Part shown: positions 6,987 through 16,434 of the stretch, piece after piece
Layout of the letters: every line of letters starts with the position of its first letter
How positions within the stretch are numbered: the first letter of the stretch is position 1
Origin: Candidatus Arthromitus sp. SFB-mouse-Japan
Lineage (GTDB): Bacteria > Bacillota > Clostridia > Clostridiales > Clostridiaceae
Length of the DNA: 32,000 bases
Reading direction: 5' to 3'
Assembly (NCBI RefSeq): GCF_000270205.1
Contig: NC_015913.1
Span: 900,001-932,000, forward strand
The notes under the pieces: generated by a model
Told to the model about the DNA's origin: nothing
The model's database searches: none
What the model saw: the letters and a program-made list of their open reading frames with translations, nothing else
Translations under genes and position numbers: made by a program

Positions 6987-9620
6987 TTAAATAATTTCAT
7001 ATATCTGATCAAAAGCATTCTTAAGCTTTTCGATATTCGTTGTAGATCCTTGTGCCATATCTTTTCTACCGCCTCCGCTTCCATCAGCCAACTTCAAAGT
7101 TTCCTTTAACAATTTTCCACAATCAATGCCAAACTCAATTGCTTTTTTACTTGCCATACAAACAACACTTGCTCTTCCATTTATCACAGAGGCAAGCATA
7201 AACACTCCACATTCTACTTTATCTCTTATATTAGCACAAGTATCTCTAAGTCTATTAATATCAACATCATTAAATATATTAACAACTATCTTTATACCAT
7301 TCTTCTCTTTACAATTCTCAATAATATTGTCTATATCTTTTAGCTTTTCATTTGATATTGCTGAAACTAAGTTTAGTATTTCACTATTTTTATTTTTTAT
7401 ATCCAATACCAAATTTTTAACTTTATTTACAATTTCATTAGTTGATGAAGCCTTAATTTCAGACGAAATTTCGTTCAGTATATTTCTATTAGACTTTACA
7501 ATGTCAAACACGTTACTTCCAGTAGTTGCCTCTATTCTCCTTACTCCTGAAGATACAGAACTTTCACTAATTATAACAAAACCACCAATAAATCCAGTAT
7601 TATCAACATGTGTTCCACCACACAATTCTATACTAAAATCATCTACACTAAGTACTCTAACCTCATTTTCATATTTTTCATCAAATAGAGAAATTGCACC
7701 CTTTTCTTTAGCAGATCTTATATCCATAATCTCAGTTTTTACATTTATTTGCCTATATATATATTCATTTACTATATTTTCAACTTGTTGTATTTCATCA
7801 GAAGTTAGAGCCTTAAAATGGGTAAAATCAAATCTAAGTTTCTTATCATCTAAATAGGACCCAGATTGTTTAACATGGTTACCCAAAACTAGTCTTAAAG
7901 CACTTTGAAGCAAATGTGTAGCAGTATGATTTCTACAAATCGACCTGCGTCTAGATTCATTAACAATAAGCTCAATTTCATCATCTTTATTAATAATTCC
8001 GTCTAAAACTTCTACAAGATGATATATCTGCCCCTGCATATTTTTCTTAGTTGAAATAACTCTTGCAACTCCATTTTGGGATTTTATTGTACCTATATCT
8101 CCAATTTGCCCTCCCATTTCAGGATAAAAAGGTGTTTCATTTGAAATCAAAAACCCCTTAGTGTCTTTTTTAATACTATCACTAAAATTATTATCAACTA
8201 TTAAATCCTTAATTTTAGATTTAGTCTTCAAACTTTCATATCCAACAAATTCCGTCTCGTAATTTTCAGTTAAGTTCAATACACCAAGATCATTCCCCAA
8301 GTAATTATCAGTTTTTCTAGAATCTCGAGCCATTTTTTGTTGATTTTTCATCTCAAACTCAAATCCATCAATATCAACTTTTATATTCTTCTCTTTTAAA
8401 ATTTCTTCAGTAAGCTCAATAGGAAATCCATATGTATCGTACAATTTGAATGCTTTACTTCCTGAAAGAATAAACTCGTTCCTATCCTCTAATTCTTTAA
8501 CATAATTATTAAGCAAAATATCTATTCCTTTATTCAAAGTCCTACTAAAATTATCTTCCTCAACATCAACTATATTATTTATATATTCTTTCCTTTCAAT
8601 TAACTCAGGATAACTATTTTTATATTTATCAATGACTCTGCAAACAATATCATTTAAAAATTTTCCATCAATGCCTATAAGTTTTGCATGTCTAATACTT
8701 CTTCTCATTAATCTTCGTAGAACATATCCACGACCTTCATTACTAGGAATTACTCCATCACAAATAAGAAAAGTTATACTACGAGAATGATCAGCAATTA
8801 CTTTTGATGAATAATCTAATTGATCATCTCTACACAATGCACTGGCCATATTCTTTACACTATCAACTATAGATTTAAGAAGATCAGTTTCAAAAACATT
8901 ACTAACTCCTTGAGTTATGATAGCTAATCTCTCAAGCCCCATACCAGTATCAATATTTTTATACTCTAAAGCTTCATATACCCCATCTTCATTTTTGTTA
9001 AACTGAGTGAATACAAGATTCCATATTTCAAAAAGTTCACCTTTATCTTGTAATTCTAGAAATTTTTCTACAGAATCAATTTTCTCATCCACGAAAGAAT
9101 AAAATATCTCAGAACAAGGTCCACAAGGTCCAACACCAATTTCCCAAAAATTATCTTCCTTACCGATCCTAAAAATTCTATTGCTACCAATGCCAATTTC
9201 TTTTTCCCAAATCTCAAAAGCTTCATTATCTTCCTCATAAACACTTACATACAACTTATCAATAGGTATACCAATAACTTTAGTTAAAAACTCCCAAGCA
9301 TAGGCTATAGCATCCCTCTTAAAATAATCTCCAAACGAAAAATTTCCAAACATCTCAAAAAAAGTGCAATGTCTTGCTGTCTTGCCAACACTGTCAATAT
9401 CTCCAGTCCTTATACATTTCTGACACGTTGTAACTCTACTAGATGGAGGAAGTGCAGCCCTCGTAAAAAACTTTTTCAAAGGTGCCATTCCTGCATTAAC
9501 AAGCAATAAACTATCATCATCTTTAGGCACCAAAGGGAAACTACTCATTACATAATGTGATTTGTTTTTAAAAAATTCAGCAAATAAATCTCTCAAATCA
9601 TCATAAGTATATTTTTTCAT
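6987..9620 (-). CDS. alaS: Alanine--tRNA ligase
   Basis: FFEMFGNFSFGDYFK, WNLVFTQFN, editing-domain HTATHLL and CGGTHV, and a C-terminal DHHA1-like GGGRKDMAQG. I place the start at the ATG at 9620 (MKKYTYDD) after GGAG; the tracked ORF begins at an upstream GTG. Confidence 0.97.
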   Translation of the reverse strand: MKKYTYDDLRDLFAEFFKNKSHYVMSSFPLVPKDDDSLLLVNAGMAPLKKFFTRAALPPSSRVTTCQKCIRTGDIDSVGKTARHCTFFEMFGNFSFGDYFKRDAIAYAWEFLTKVIGIPIDKLYVSVYEEDNEAFEIWEKEIGIGSNRIFRIGKEDNFWEIGVGPCGPCSEIFYSFVDEKIDSVEKFLELQDKGELFEIWNLVFTQFNKNEDGVYEALEYKNIDTGMGLERLAIITQGVSNVFETDLLKSIVDSVKNMASALCRDDQLDYSSKVIADHSRSITFLICDGVIPSNEGRGYVLRRLMRRSIRHAKLIGIDGKFLNDIVCRVIDKYKNSYPELIERKEYINNIVDVEEDNFSRTLNKGIDILLNNYVKELEDRNEFILSGSKAFKLYDTYGFPIELTEEILKEKNIKVDIDGFEFEMKNQQKMARDSRKTDNYLGNDLGVLNLTENYETEFVGYESLKTKSKIKDLIVDNNFSDSIKKDTKGFLISNETPFYPEMGGQIGDIGTIKSQNGVARVISTKKNMQGQIYHLVEVLDGIINKDDEIELIVNESRRRSICRNHTATHLLQSALRLVLGNHVKQSGSYLDDKKLRFDFTHFKALTSDEIQQVENIVNEYIYRQINVKTEIMDIRSAKEKGAISLFDEKYENEVRVLSVDDFSIELCGGTHVDNTGFIGGFVIISESSVSSGVRRIEATTGSNVFDIVKSNRNILNEISSEIKASSTNEIVNKVKNLVLDIKNKNSEILNLVSAISNEKLKDIDNIIENCKEKNGIKIVVNIFNDVDINRLRDTCANIRDKVECGVFMLASVINGRASVVCMASKKAIEFGIDCGKLLKETLKLADGSGGGRKDMAQGSTTNIEKLKNAFDQIYEII

Positions 9621-9663
9621 AACACACATCACTCCATTTTAATTAAAATCTGTCGAACTATGT

Positions 9664-10737
9664 CTAAAAATATTTTCTCATAATTCCACCACCTAGAACC
9701 AAATCACCCTGATATAGTACTAGAGATTGACCACAAGTCATTGCACGCTGTGGATCATCAAAAACAATTTTTATCTTACCATCATTAACCCTAAACATTT
9801 TAGCAGAACACAGCTTTGCTTGATAACGAATTTTAGCCTCAACTTCTAATCCATCTTCAAAATCTTCAATATGTACAAAATTAACATTATCAATTATAGC
9901 ATTTCTAAAAAATAGATCTTTTTCCGAACCAATAATAACCTCATTAGTTTTGGAATTTATACCTATAACATATACTGGTTTCCCAAGTGGCAAATTAAGT
10001 CCCTTCCTCTGACCTATTGTATAATAAACAATTCCTTTATGTTCTCCTAAAACTTTTCCATCCTTATCAACAAAATTTCCTTTAACAATCTTCTCTCTAT
10101 TTGATATAAAATTACCGTGCTTACCATCAGGAACAAAACAAATTTCTTCACTATCTTTTTTATTATGTATATCCATTCCAATTTCTTTAGCAATCTCTCT
10201 AACTTGTTCCTTTGTATATTTCCCACAAGGCATTAAAATATTCTTGAGTTGATCCTGATTAAGAACATACAGCATATATGTTTGATCTTTCTTATGATCA
10301 ATTCCTCTCTTCAATATAAACTTTCCATTAAATTCTTCAATATTTGCATAATGACCTGTAGCTATATAGTCAGCCCCCAACTTCTTTGCCCCTATTAAAA
10401 ATTCCCCAAACTTTATATGTCTATTACATTCAATACAAGGATTTGGAGTATTACCAATCATATAATCTTTAACAAAATAATCAACTACCTTATCCTTAAA
10501 TATATCCTTATAATTCAAAACATAAAATGGTATATCTAAAAGTTCCGCAACCTTACGAGCATCAAGAACTGACGAAAGTGAACAACATCCACCTTCCTTA
10601 AGCAAATAAACTTCATCATTCTGAGATAAATTCAACATAATGCCTATAACTTCATATCCTTCTTTTTTCAAAAGATATGCAGCAACAGCACTATCAACTC
10701 CACCACTTAAACCAATAACAACTCTCTTTTTATCCAA
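9664..10737 (-). CDS. mnmA: tRNA 2-thiouridine(34) synthase MnmA
   Basis: PP-loop VVIGLSGGVDSAVAA, the NPCIECN catalytic Cys region and QRKGL. TTG start at 10737, 5 nt after a GGGTGAT SD-like sequence, with an in-frame stop just upstream. Confidence 0.95.
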   Translation of the reverse strand: MDKKRVVIGLSGGVDSAVAAYLLKKEGYEVIGIMLNLSQNDEVYLLKEGGCCSLSSVLDARKVAELLDIPFYVLNYKDIFKDKVVDYFVKDYMIGNTPNPCIECNRHIKFGEFLIGAKKLGADYIATGHYANIEEFNGKFILKRGIDHKKDQTYMLYVLNQDQLKNILMPCGKYTKEQVREIAKEIGMDIHNKKDSEEICFVPDGKHGNFISNREKIVKGNFVDKDGKVLGEHKGIVYYTIGQRKGLNLPLGKPVYVIGINSKTNEVIIGSEKDLFFRNAIIDNVNFVHIEDFEDGLEVEAKIRYQAKLCSAKMFRVNDGKIKIVFDDPQRAMTCGQSLVLYQGDLVLGGGIMRKYF

Positions 10738-10761
10738 AACACATCACCCAAACTCAATCTA

Positions 10762-11907
10762 TTATCCTCTATATCTCTTAACTATATCTTTTAATTCTTC
10801 TATCACATAATCGGCATCCTCTTTTTTCGAGTTCTTTCCTAAGGTAAATCTAACAGAACCTTGAGCTTCTAAGGACGAAAGACCTATTGCCTGAAGAACA
10901 TGTGACGAATTAACAGATCCAGAGTTACAAGAACTTCCACTAGACGCACATATACCTTTCAAATCCAGAGCAAGAAGTATTCCCTCATCTTTGATTCCTT
11001 CAAAACATACATTTATATTATTACTTGTTCTATATTTAAGTGATCCATTAATACGACTATTTGGTATTTCCTTCAAAATTCTATCAATCATATAATCTCT
11101 AAGTTCTTTTAATTTTCTATTCTCTTCATCAATATCCTCACACACAAGTTCAATCGCTTTGCTTAATCCAACAATTCCATAAACATTTTCAGTACCAGAT
11201 CTACGTCCCTTTTCCTGACTTCCACCATGTATATAATTATCAATACTTGTTCCATCTTTTATATACAGAATTCCAATTCCCTTAGGTCCATATATTTTAT
11301 GTCCTGATATAGATAACAAATTTACAAACTCATATTTATCAAGTGATATATCAATTTTACCTATGGCTTGTATCGCATCAGTATGAAAAATAATATTTTT
11401 ATTATGACAAAGTTCAGATATAGCCTCGATATCTTGGATTGTTCCAATTTCATTATTAACAAAAGCAATAGAAACAAGTATTGTTTTATCAGTAATTGCA
11501 TTATTTATATCATTTACATTAACAATACCATCAGAATCAACATCCAAATATGTAACTTTAAATCCATTCTGCTCTAAATATTTACAAGTATACAAAACAG
11601 AATGATGCTCTATCTTTGTTGTTATAATATGATTTCCCTTTTTTCTATTAGCAAAAGCAACTCCTTTAATCGCCCAATTATTCGATTCTGTTCCACCACT
11701 AGTGAAAAACACTTCTTTTCTTTGACACCTTAAAACTCTTGCAATATTTTCTCTTGAATGCTCTATTGCATTTTTTGCAACTCTTGAGAATTCATGTATT
11801 CCAGAAGGATTCCCAAAACATTCAGTAAGATATGGTTTCATCGTATCTATAACTTCATCCCTTAAAAAAGTTGTGGAAGCATAATCCATGTAAATTCTTT
11901 CATTCAT
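10762..11907 (-). CDS. nifS: Cysteine desulfurase, NifS/YrvO type (class I aminotransferase class V)
   Basis: PLP-lysine region SISGHKIYGPKGIG and catalytic Cys loop ASSGSSCNSG. It overlaps the Rrf2 gene by 8 nt and sits directly upstream of mnmA, as in B. subtilis cymR-yrvO-mnmA. Confidence 0.92.
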   Translation of the reverse strand: MNERIYMDYASTTFLRDEVIDTMKPYLTECFGNPSGIHEFSRVAKNAIEHSRENIARVLRCQRKEVFFTSGGTESNNWAIKGVAFANRKKGNHIITTKIEHHSVLYTCKYLEQNGFKVTYLDVDSDGIVNVNDINNAITDKTILVSIAFVNNEIGTIQDIEAISELCHNKNIIFHTDAIQAIGKIDISLDKYEFVNLLSISGHKIYGPKGIGILYIKDGTSIDNYIHGGSQEKGRRSGTENVYGIVGLSKAIELVCEDIDEENRKLKELRDYMIDRILKEIPNSRINGSLKYRTSNNINVCFEGIKDEGILLALDLKGICASSGSSCNSGSVNSSHVLQAIGLSSLEAQGSVRFTLGKNSKKEDADYVIEELKDIVKRYRG

Positions 11908-12346
11908 CGATATTAACCCCTATATTTATAAAATTTAATTTATTATGTTCATCTATTATATCCTGAAGCGTAACTGATGAGAAAATACTATCAATGGCAT
12001 CTTTTATCCTAACCCACAAAACACGAGTAGCACATTTATCTAAATTATCACAACTTGAATCCTTTTCGACACAATCGGATATATTAACAGGACCTTCAAC
12101 TACATCTATAATATCTTTAATTGTAATTTCTTTAGGAGTCCTTGTTAATGAATAACCTCCCTTAGCTCCTCTAACACTTTTAATAAGATTGGCTTTCTTA
12201 AGAATAGAAAATAATTGTTCTAAATAAAGCTCAGATATCTTTTGTTTTTGTGCAATACTACGCACAGACATCATTCCGGTATCATAAACCAAAGCAAGCT
12301 CAAGCATTGCCTTTATTCCATATCTACCTCTAGTAGACATTTTCAT
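11900..12346 (-). CDS. Rrf2 family transcriptional regulator (IscR-like; three clustered Cys)
   Basis: N-terminus STRGRYGIKAMLELA (Rrf2 HTH). The cluster-ligand-like spacing DCVEKDSSCDNLDKC is C-x6-C-x5-C. SD AAGGAG is present. Confidence 0.9.
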   Translation of the reverse strand: MKMSTRGRYGIKAMLELALVYDTGMMSVRSIAQKQKISELYLEQLFSILKKANLIKSVRGAKGGYSLTRTPKEITIKDIIDVVEGPVNISDCVEKDSSCDNLDKCATRVLWVRIKDAIDSIFSSVTLQDIIDEHNKLNFINIGVNIDE

Positions 12347-12379
12347 GTAAATTCTCCTTAAACTTAATAATAATTCAAA

Positions 12380-12408
12380 ATTATAGCAATTTCATTTTTT
12401 ATAGTCAA
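12380..12408 (-). promoter_or_regulatory. Sigma-A type promoter for the Rrf2-nifS-mnmA-alaS unit
   Basis: On the minus strand, TTGACT (12403-12408), a 17-nt spacer, then TATAAT (12380-12385). It lies immediately downstream of the accA terminator. Confidence 0.65.
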
Positions 12409-12421
12409 CACGACCAAACTA

Positions 12422-12469
12422 TATAAAAAATAAAAATCTAATCCTAATAAACAATCAGATTAGATTTTT
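12422..12469 (-). terminator. Rho-independent terminator after accA (end of the fab/acc cluster)
   Basis: Minus-strand stem AAAATCTAATC (12458-12468) / GATTAGATTTT (12433-12443), 11 bp with a 14-nt loop. The T-rich tract TTTTTATTTTTT begins within the 3' arm. Confidence 0.8.
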
Positions 12470-12473
12470 AAAA

Positions 12474-13280
12474 TTACTCAATTCCATATTTACTAATTTT
12501 TCTAAATTTTTGATATCTTTCTTCTTTAATTTCACAACTCGACTTATTTTTGAATCTCTTAATAAAATCAATTATATCGTTTCTCATAGACTCAGCGATC
12601 TTATCTTTAGTTACATGAGCACCTTCACCGTACTCATCAATTATCTTGTCCGCAATACCAAATTCCTTCAAATCATAAGATGTAAGTTTCAAAAATTCAG
12701 AAGCCTCTTTAAATTTGCTAGAATCTTTCCATAAAATACTAGAACAAGCTTCTGGAGATATTACAGAATAAATTGAATTTTCAAGCATCCAAATTTCATT
12801 AGCTACAGAAATACCTAATGCTCCACCACTTCCACCTTCAGATATTACAATAGATAATATAGGACAAGTAAATCCCATCATTTCAAATAAATTTTTAGCA
12901 ATAGCTTCACCTTGTCCTCTCTCTTCGGCTTGTTTACCACAAAACGCTCCAGGAGTATCAACAAAAGTTATTATTGGCCTATTAAATTTATTTGCCTGTT
13001 CCATCAATCGTAGAGATTTGCGATATCCCTCAGGACTAGGCATTCCAAAATTCCTTAAAATATTATCCTTAGTATTTTCTCCCTTCATTTGTGCAATTAT
13101 TGTCACAGGCGTATCGTTTATAAATCCAATTCCTCCAACTATAGCTCTATCATCTGAATAATATCTGTCACCATGCAATTCTTCAAATGAATCAAATACA
13201 TTTTCCAAATAGAATCTTGACGTAGGACGCATAGGCATTCTAGCAAGTAAAACCCTATCCCAAACACTCAAATTACTCAT
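12474..13280 (-). CDS. accA: Acetyl-CoA carboxylase carboxyltransferase subunit alpha
   Basis: RPTSRFYLENVF, FVDTPGAFCG and SEGGSGGALG. I place the start at the ATG at 13280, 6 nt after GGAGAG, overlapping the accD stop (ATGAGTAA). Confidence 0.95.
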   Translation of the reverse strand: MSNLSVWDRVLLARMPMRPTSRFYLENVFDSFEELHGDRYYSDDRAIVGGIGFINDTPVTIIAQMKGENTKDNILRNFGMPSPEGYRKSLRLMEQANKFNRPIITFVDTPGAFCGKQAEERGQGEAIAKNLFEMMGFTCPILSIVISEGGSGGALGISVANEIWMLENSIYSVISPEACSSILWKDSSKFKEASEFLKLTSYDLKEFGIADKIIDEYGEGAHVTKDKIAESMRNDIIDFIKRFKNKSSCEIKEERYQKFRKISKYGIE

Positions 13281-14142
13281 TTGCATCTCTCCTATGTGCC
13301 TTTAATATGTAAGTTATAATATTTTTCAAATCTTTTCTATGTACTATTTTATCTATAAAACCCTTATCTAAAAGAAATTCAGCCTTTTGGAAATTATCAG
13401 GTAATCTTTCATTAATAGTCTTTTCTATAACTCTCTTACCTGCAAATGCAATATACGCATTCGGTTCACTAATTATTATATCACCAAGCATAGCAAAACT
13501 CGCCGTAACTCCACCTGTAGTAGGATCAGTTATTACTGTTAAATATAATAAACCACTATCAGATAACCTCTTCAAAGCACCACTAATTTTAGCCATCTGC
13601 ATTAAAGACAATATTCCTTCCTGCATCCTTGCACCACCTGATGCTGTAAAAATTATCACAGGTAACCCATTCTCTATAGCATACTCTATAGCACGAGTTA
13701 TTTTTTCACCAACAACACTCCCCATACTTCCTATCATAAAAAAACTATTCATGATACAAACAACTGTTTCATAACCACTAATTAAACACTTACCACATAC
13801 AACAGCATCTTTTTCTGATGAAACTTTCTTAGCATCTTTAAGTTTTTTATCATAATTAGGAAAATCTAATGGATCAACACTAACCATGTCACTATCAAAT
13901 TCTTCAAAGGTATTTTGATCTACCAAATACTCAATTCTTGTCCTCGGATCTAATCTAAAATGATACTCACAGAAAGGACAAACCATTAAATTGTCTTGAA
14001 TATCTTCCTTATATAAAATCCTCAGACAATTATTACACTTAATCCAACGATCATTTGGAATATACACCTTTCTCTCTTCTTCAAAAGGCATCGTACTTAC
14101 AGTAACATACTTGTTTTTCTTAAAAAAATCGATTATCATCAC
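13273..14142 (-). CDS. accD: Acetyl-CoA carboxylase carboxyltransferase subunit beta
   Basis: N-terminal zinc ribbon CNNC...CPFC, SGGARMQEG and the MAKISGAL region. The start is either GTG at 14142 or ATG at 14139, overlapping the accC stop. Confidence 0.95.
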   Translation of the reverse strand: MMIIDFFKKNKYVTVSTMPFEEERKVYIPNDRWIKCNNCLRILYKEDIQDNLMVCPFCEYHFRLDPRTRIEYLVDQNTFEEFDSDMVSVDPLDFPNYDKKLKDAKKVSSEKDAVVCGKCLISGYETVVCIMNSFFMIGSMGSVVGEKITRAIEYAIENGLPVIIFTASGGARMQEGILSLMQMAKISGALKRLSDSGLLYLTVITDPTTGGVTASFAMLGDIIISEPNAYIAFAGKRVIEKTINERLPDNFQKAEFLLDKGFIDKIVHRKDLKNIITYILKAHRRDANE

Positions 14143-15485
14143 TTGATATTCACCAACTTATTCAAAAATCCTGTATTATAATTACCTCGAGCAAAATCTT
14201 CGTGATTCAAAATATCAAAATGGAAATCAATATTGCTTGTAATTCCATCAATAATAAATTCAGCCAATGATCTCTTCATCTTCATTATAGCTTCATCTCT
14301 AGTATTACCATGAACAATAAGTTTAGCAATCATTGAATCATAAAACGGAGGTATTGTGTATCCCTGATAAACAGCACTATCTAATCTAACACCCAGTCCT
14401 CCTGGTACATTCAACTGATCTATCTTTCCTGGACATGGAACAAAATTTTTCTTAGCATCTTCAGCGTTAATTCTACATTCAATAGAATGACCATTAATCT
14501 TTAAATCATTTTGATTAAAAGATAATCTCTCACCAGCAGCAATCCTAATTTGCTCTTTTATTAAATCTATACCTGTTATCATCTCTGTTATAGGATGTTC
14601 AACCTGAATGCGTGTATTCATTTCCATGAAATAAAAGTTTTTATCATCATCAACCAAAAATTCAATTGTACCTGCATTCACATAGTTGACAACTTTACAA
14701 ATCTTAACAGCAACCTCACCCATTTTTCTTCTTATATCATCATTTAAAAATACGGAAGGTGCCTCTTCAACTATTTTTTGGTTCTTACGCTGAACTGAGC
14801 AATCACGTTCAAATAAGTGTACAACATTTCCATAATTATCTGCTAAAACTTGAAATTCTATATGATGTGGATTCCTAACATATTTTTCTATATATACAAC
14901 ATCATTATTAAAACACGCAAGAGCCTCAGCCTTTGCCATTAAATATGCGTCCTTGAAGTCATCTTCCTTCTCTACTATTCGAATACCTTTACCGCCTCCA
15001 CCAAGTGCAGCTTTTATCATAACAGGAAAACCAACTGATTTAGCTATTTCAAGAGCATGCCTCTCATCTCTTATAAAACCCTCATAGCCATCAACAATGG
15101 GTATACCATGATTTTTCATTGTAATTCTCGCATTTGCCTTATCACCCATCATATCCATAGTTTCTGGAGTAGGGCCTATGAATATAATATTACAATCTTT
15201 ACACATCTTAGCAAACTTAGAATTTTCAGAAAGAAATCCAAATCCTGGATGAATAGCTTCTGCACCACTTAATGATGTAGCCTCCAAAATATTGGGTATA
15301 TTTAAATAAGAATCCCTAGCAGAGTTTGGACCTATACAAATAGCTTCATCAGCAAGTTGAGTATGTAATGCTTCCTTATCAGCCTCTGAATAGACAGCCA
15401 CGGACACTATGCCCAATTCTTTACATGCCCTTATTATCCTTACAGCTATCTCTCCTCTATTTGCAATCAAAATCTTGTTTATCAT
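14139..15485 (-). CDS. accC: Acetyl-CoA carboxylase biotin carboxylase subunit
   Basis: ILIANRGEIAVRIIRA, GGGGKGIR and EMNTRIQVEHPITE. Confidence 0.97.
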   Translation of the reverse strand: MINKILIANRGEIAVRIIRACKELGIVSVAVYSEADKEALHTQLADEAICIGPNSARDSYLNIPNILEATSLSGAEAIHPGFGFLSENSKFAKMCKDCNIIFIGPTPETMDMMGDKANARITMKNHGIPIVDGYEGFIRDERHALEIAKSVGFPVMIKAALGGGGKGIRIVEKEDDFKDAYLMAKAEALACFNNDVVYIEKYVRNPHHIEFQVLADNYGNVVHLFERDCSVQRKNQKIVEEAPSVFLNDDIRRKMGEVAVKICKVVNYVNAGTIEFLVDDDKNFYFMEMNTRIQVEHPITEMITGIDLIKEQIRIAAGERLSFNQNDLKINGHSIECRINAEDAKKNFVPCPGKIDQLNVPGGLGVRLDSAVYQGYTIPPFYDSMIAKLIVHGNTRDEAIMKMKRSLAEFIIDGITSNIDFHFDILNHEDFARGNYNTGFLNKLVNIK

Positions 15486-15498
15486 AAAAATCTCCTAA

Positions 15499-15927
15499 CT
15501 ACTTAATAGCAAACATTATTTCTGCCTCACAAGCAATTTCACCATCTACTTTAGCAACAGCCTCTGCTTTTCCAAAACTAGACCTCATTTTTAAAATTTC
15601 GCACTTAAGTTCCAAAACATCCCCCGGAACAACAATTTTTCTAAATTTTATCTTATCTGCTCCAGCAAAAAATGCAATCTTTCCTCTATTTTCTTCACTT
15701 GCAAGTATAGCTGCCGCACCTGTCTGAGCCAATGCTTCCAAGATTAATACCCCTGGCATCACAGGTTGATCTGGAAAATGCCCTTGAAAAAAATTTTCAT
15801 TAAAAGTAACGTTTTTTATTGCAGTAACGGTTTTCTCTGTCATATCTATTATTTTATCTATAAGTAGAAATGGGTATCGATGCGGAATAATCTTTAATAT
15901 TTCTGTTATATCCAACACTTTTTTCAT
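15499..15927 (-). CDS. fabZ: 3-hydroxyacyl-ACP dehydratase FabZ
   Basis: [11 protein letters not shown] and [19 protein letters not shown]. Confidence 0.96.
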   Translation of the reverse strand: MKKVLDITEILKIIPHRYPFLLIDKIIDMTEKTVTAIKNVTFNENFFQGHFPDQPVMPGVLILEALAQTGAAAILASEENRGKIAFFAGADKIKFRKIVVPGDVLELKCEILKMRSSFGKAEAVAKVDGEIACEAEIMFAIK

Positions 15928-15945
15928 TTAGAAATTCACCTTCTA

Positions 15946-16431
15946 TTAATTCTTTTTAATCTTAAATAGTTTTTGTCCAAATTCTACCATTTGTGCATTT
16001 TTAACCAAAATTTCTATAACTGTTCCTGAAAATTCACTTTCAATTTCATTCATCAGTTTCATCGCCTCTACTATACATACAGTATCACCACATGATATAC
16101 CCTGTCCTACAGAAATATAAGGCTGTTTCTCTGGAGAGGATGCCAAATAAACGGTTCCAACCATAGGAGAAGTTATGTACTCTATATTTTCTTCAGAAAC
16201 CTCTTCCTTAACATCATTTGATAAGTTATCAATTACACTATTGATGTCATTTTCAGATCTAATATTATTATTAAAATTAGGTTTAGTAATTTGATTGGTT
16301 GAGACGCTATCTAAACGATTTGATTCTTTATCAAGTTTTAAATATAAGTCTTGATAATTTATTTCCATCAAAGAAAGGCTAGAATTATTTATCTTGTCTA
16401 TCAATTCCATTATTTCTTTAAACGATATCAT
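15946..16431 (-). CDS. accB: Acetyl-CoA carboxylase biotin carboxyl carrier protein
   Basis: Biotinylation motif VEAMKLMNEIES in the C-terminal lipoyl-like domain. The linker is N/S-rich. Confidence 0.95.
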   Translation of the reverse strand: MISFKEIMELIDKINNSSLSLMEINYQDLYLKLDKESNRLDSVSTNQITKPNFNNNIRSENDINSVIDNLSNDVKEEVSEENIEYITSPMVGTVYLASSPEKQPYISVGQGISCGDTVCIVEAMKLMNEIESEFSGTVIEILVKNAQMVEFGQKLFKIKKN

Positions 16432-16434
16432 TCT

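Noticed and set aside
7126-7857. A 243-aa plus-strand ORF antisense to alaS. The other plus-strand ORFs in the track behave the same way: 300-701, 1256-1702, 4688-4957, 4845-5030, 5641-5832, 6843-7109, 11368-11577, 12510-12734, 15057-15272, 16351-16548, 17045-17419, 18347-18625, 18769-18960, 18965-19306, 20534-20764, 23256-23495, 25595-25792, 26461-26703, 29475-29726, 30889-31071.
   Set aside because: Every one lies fully or mostly inside a strongly supported minus-strand gene. Their translations are low-complexity and rich in S, L, I and F, as expected for the complement frame of AT-rich codons. I see no recognisable motifs and found no convincing SD or promoter. They are shadow ORFs.
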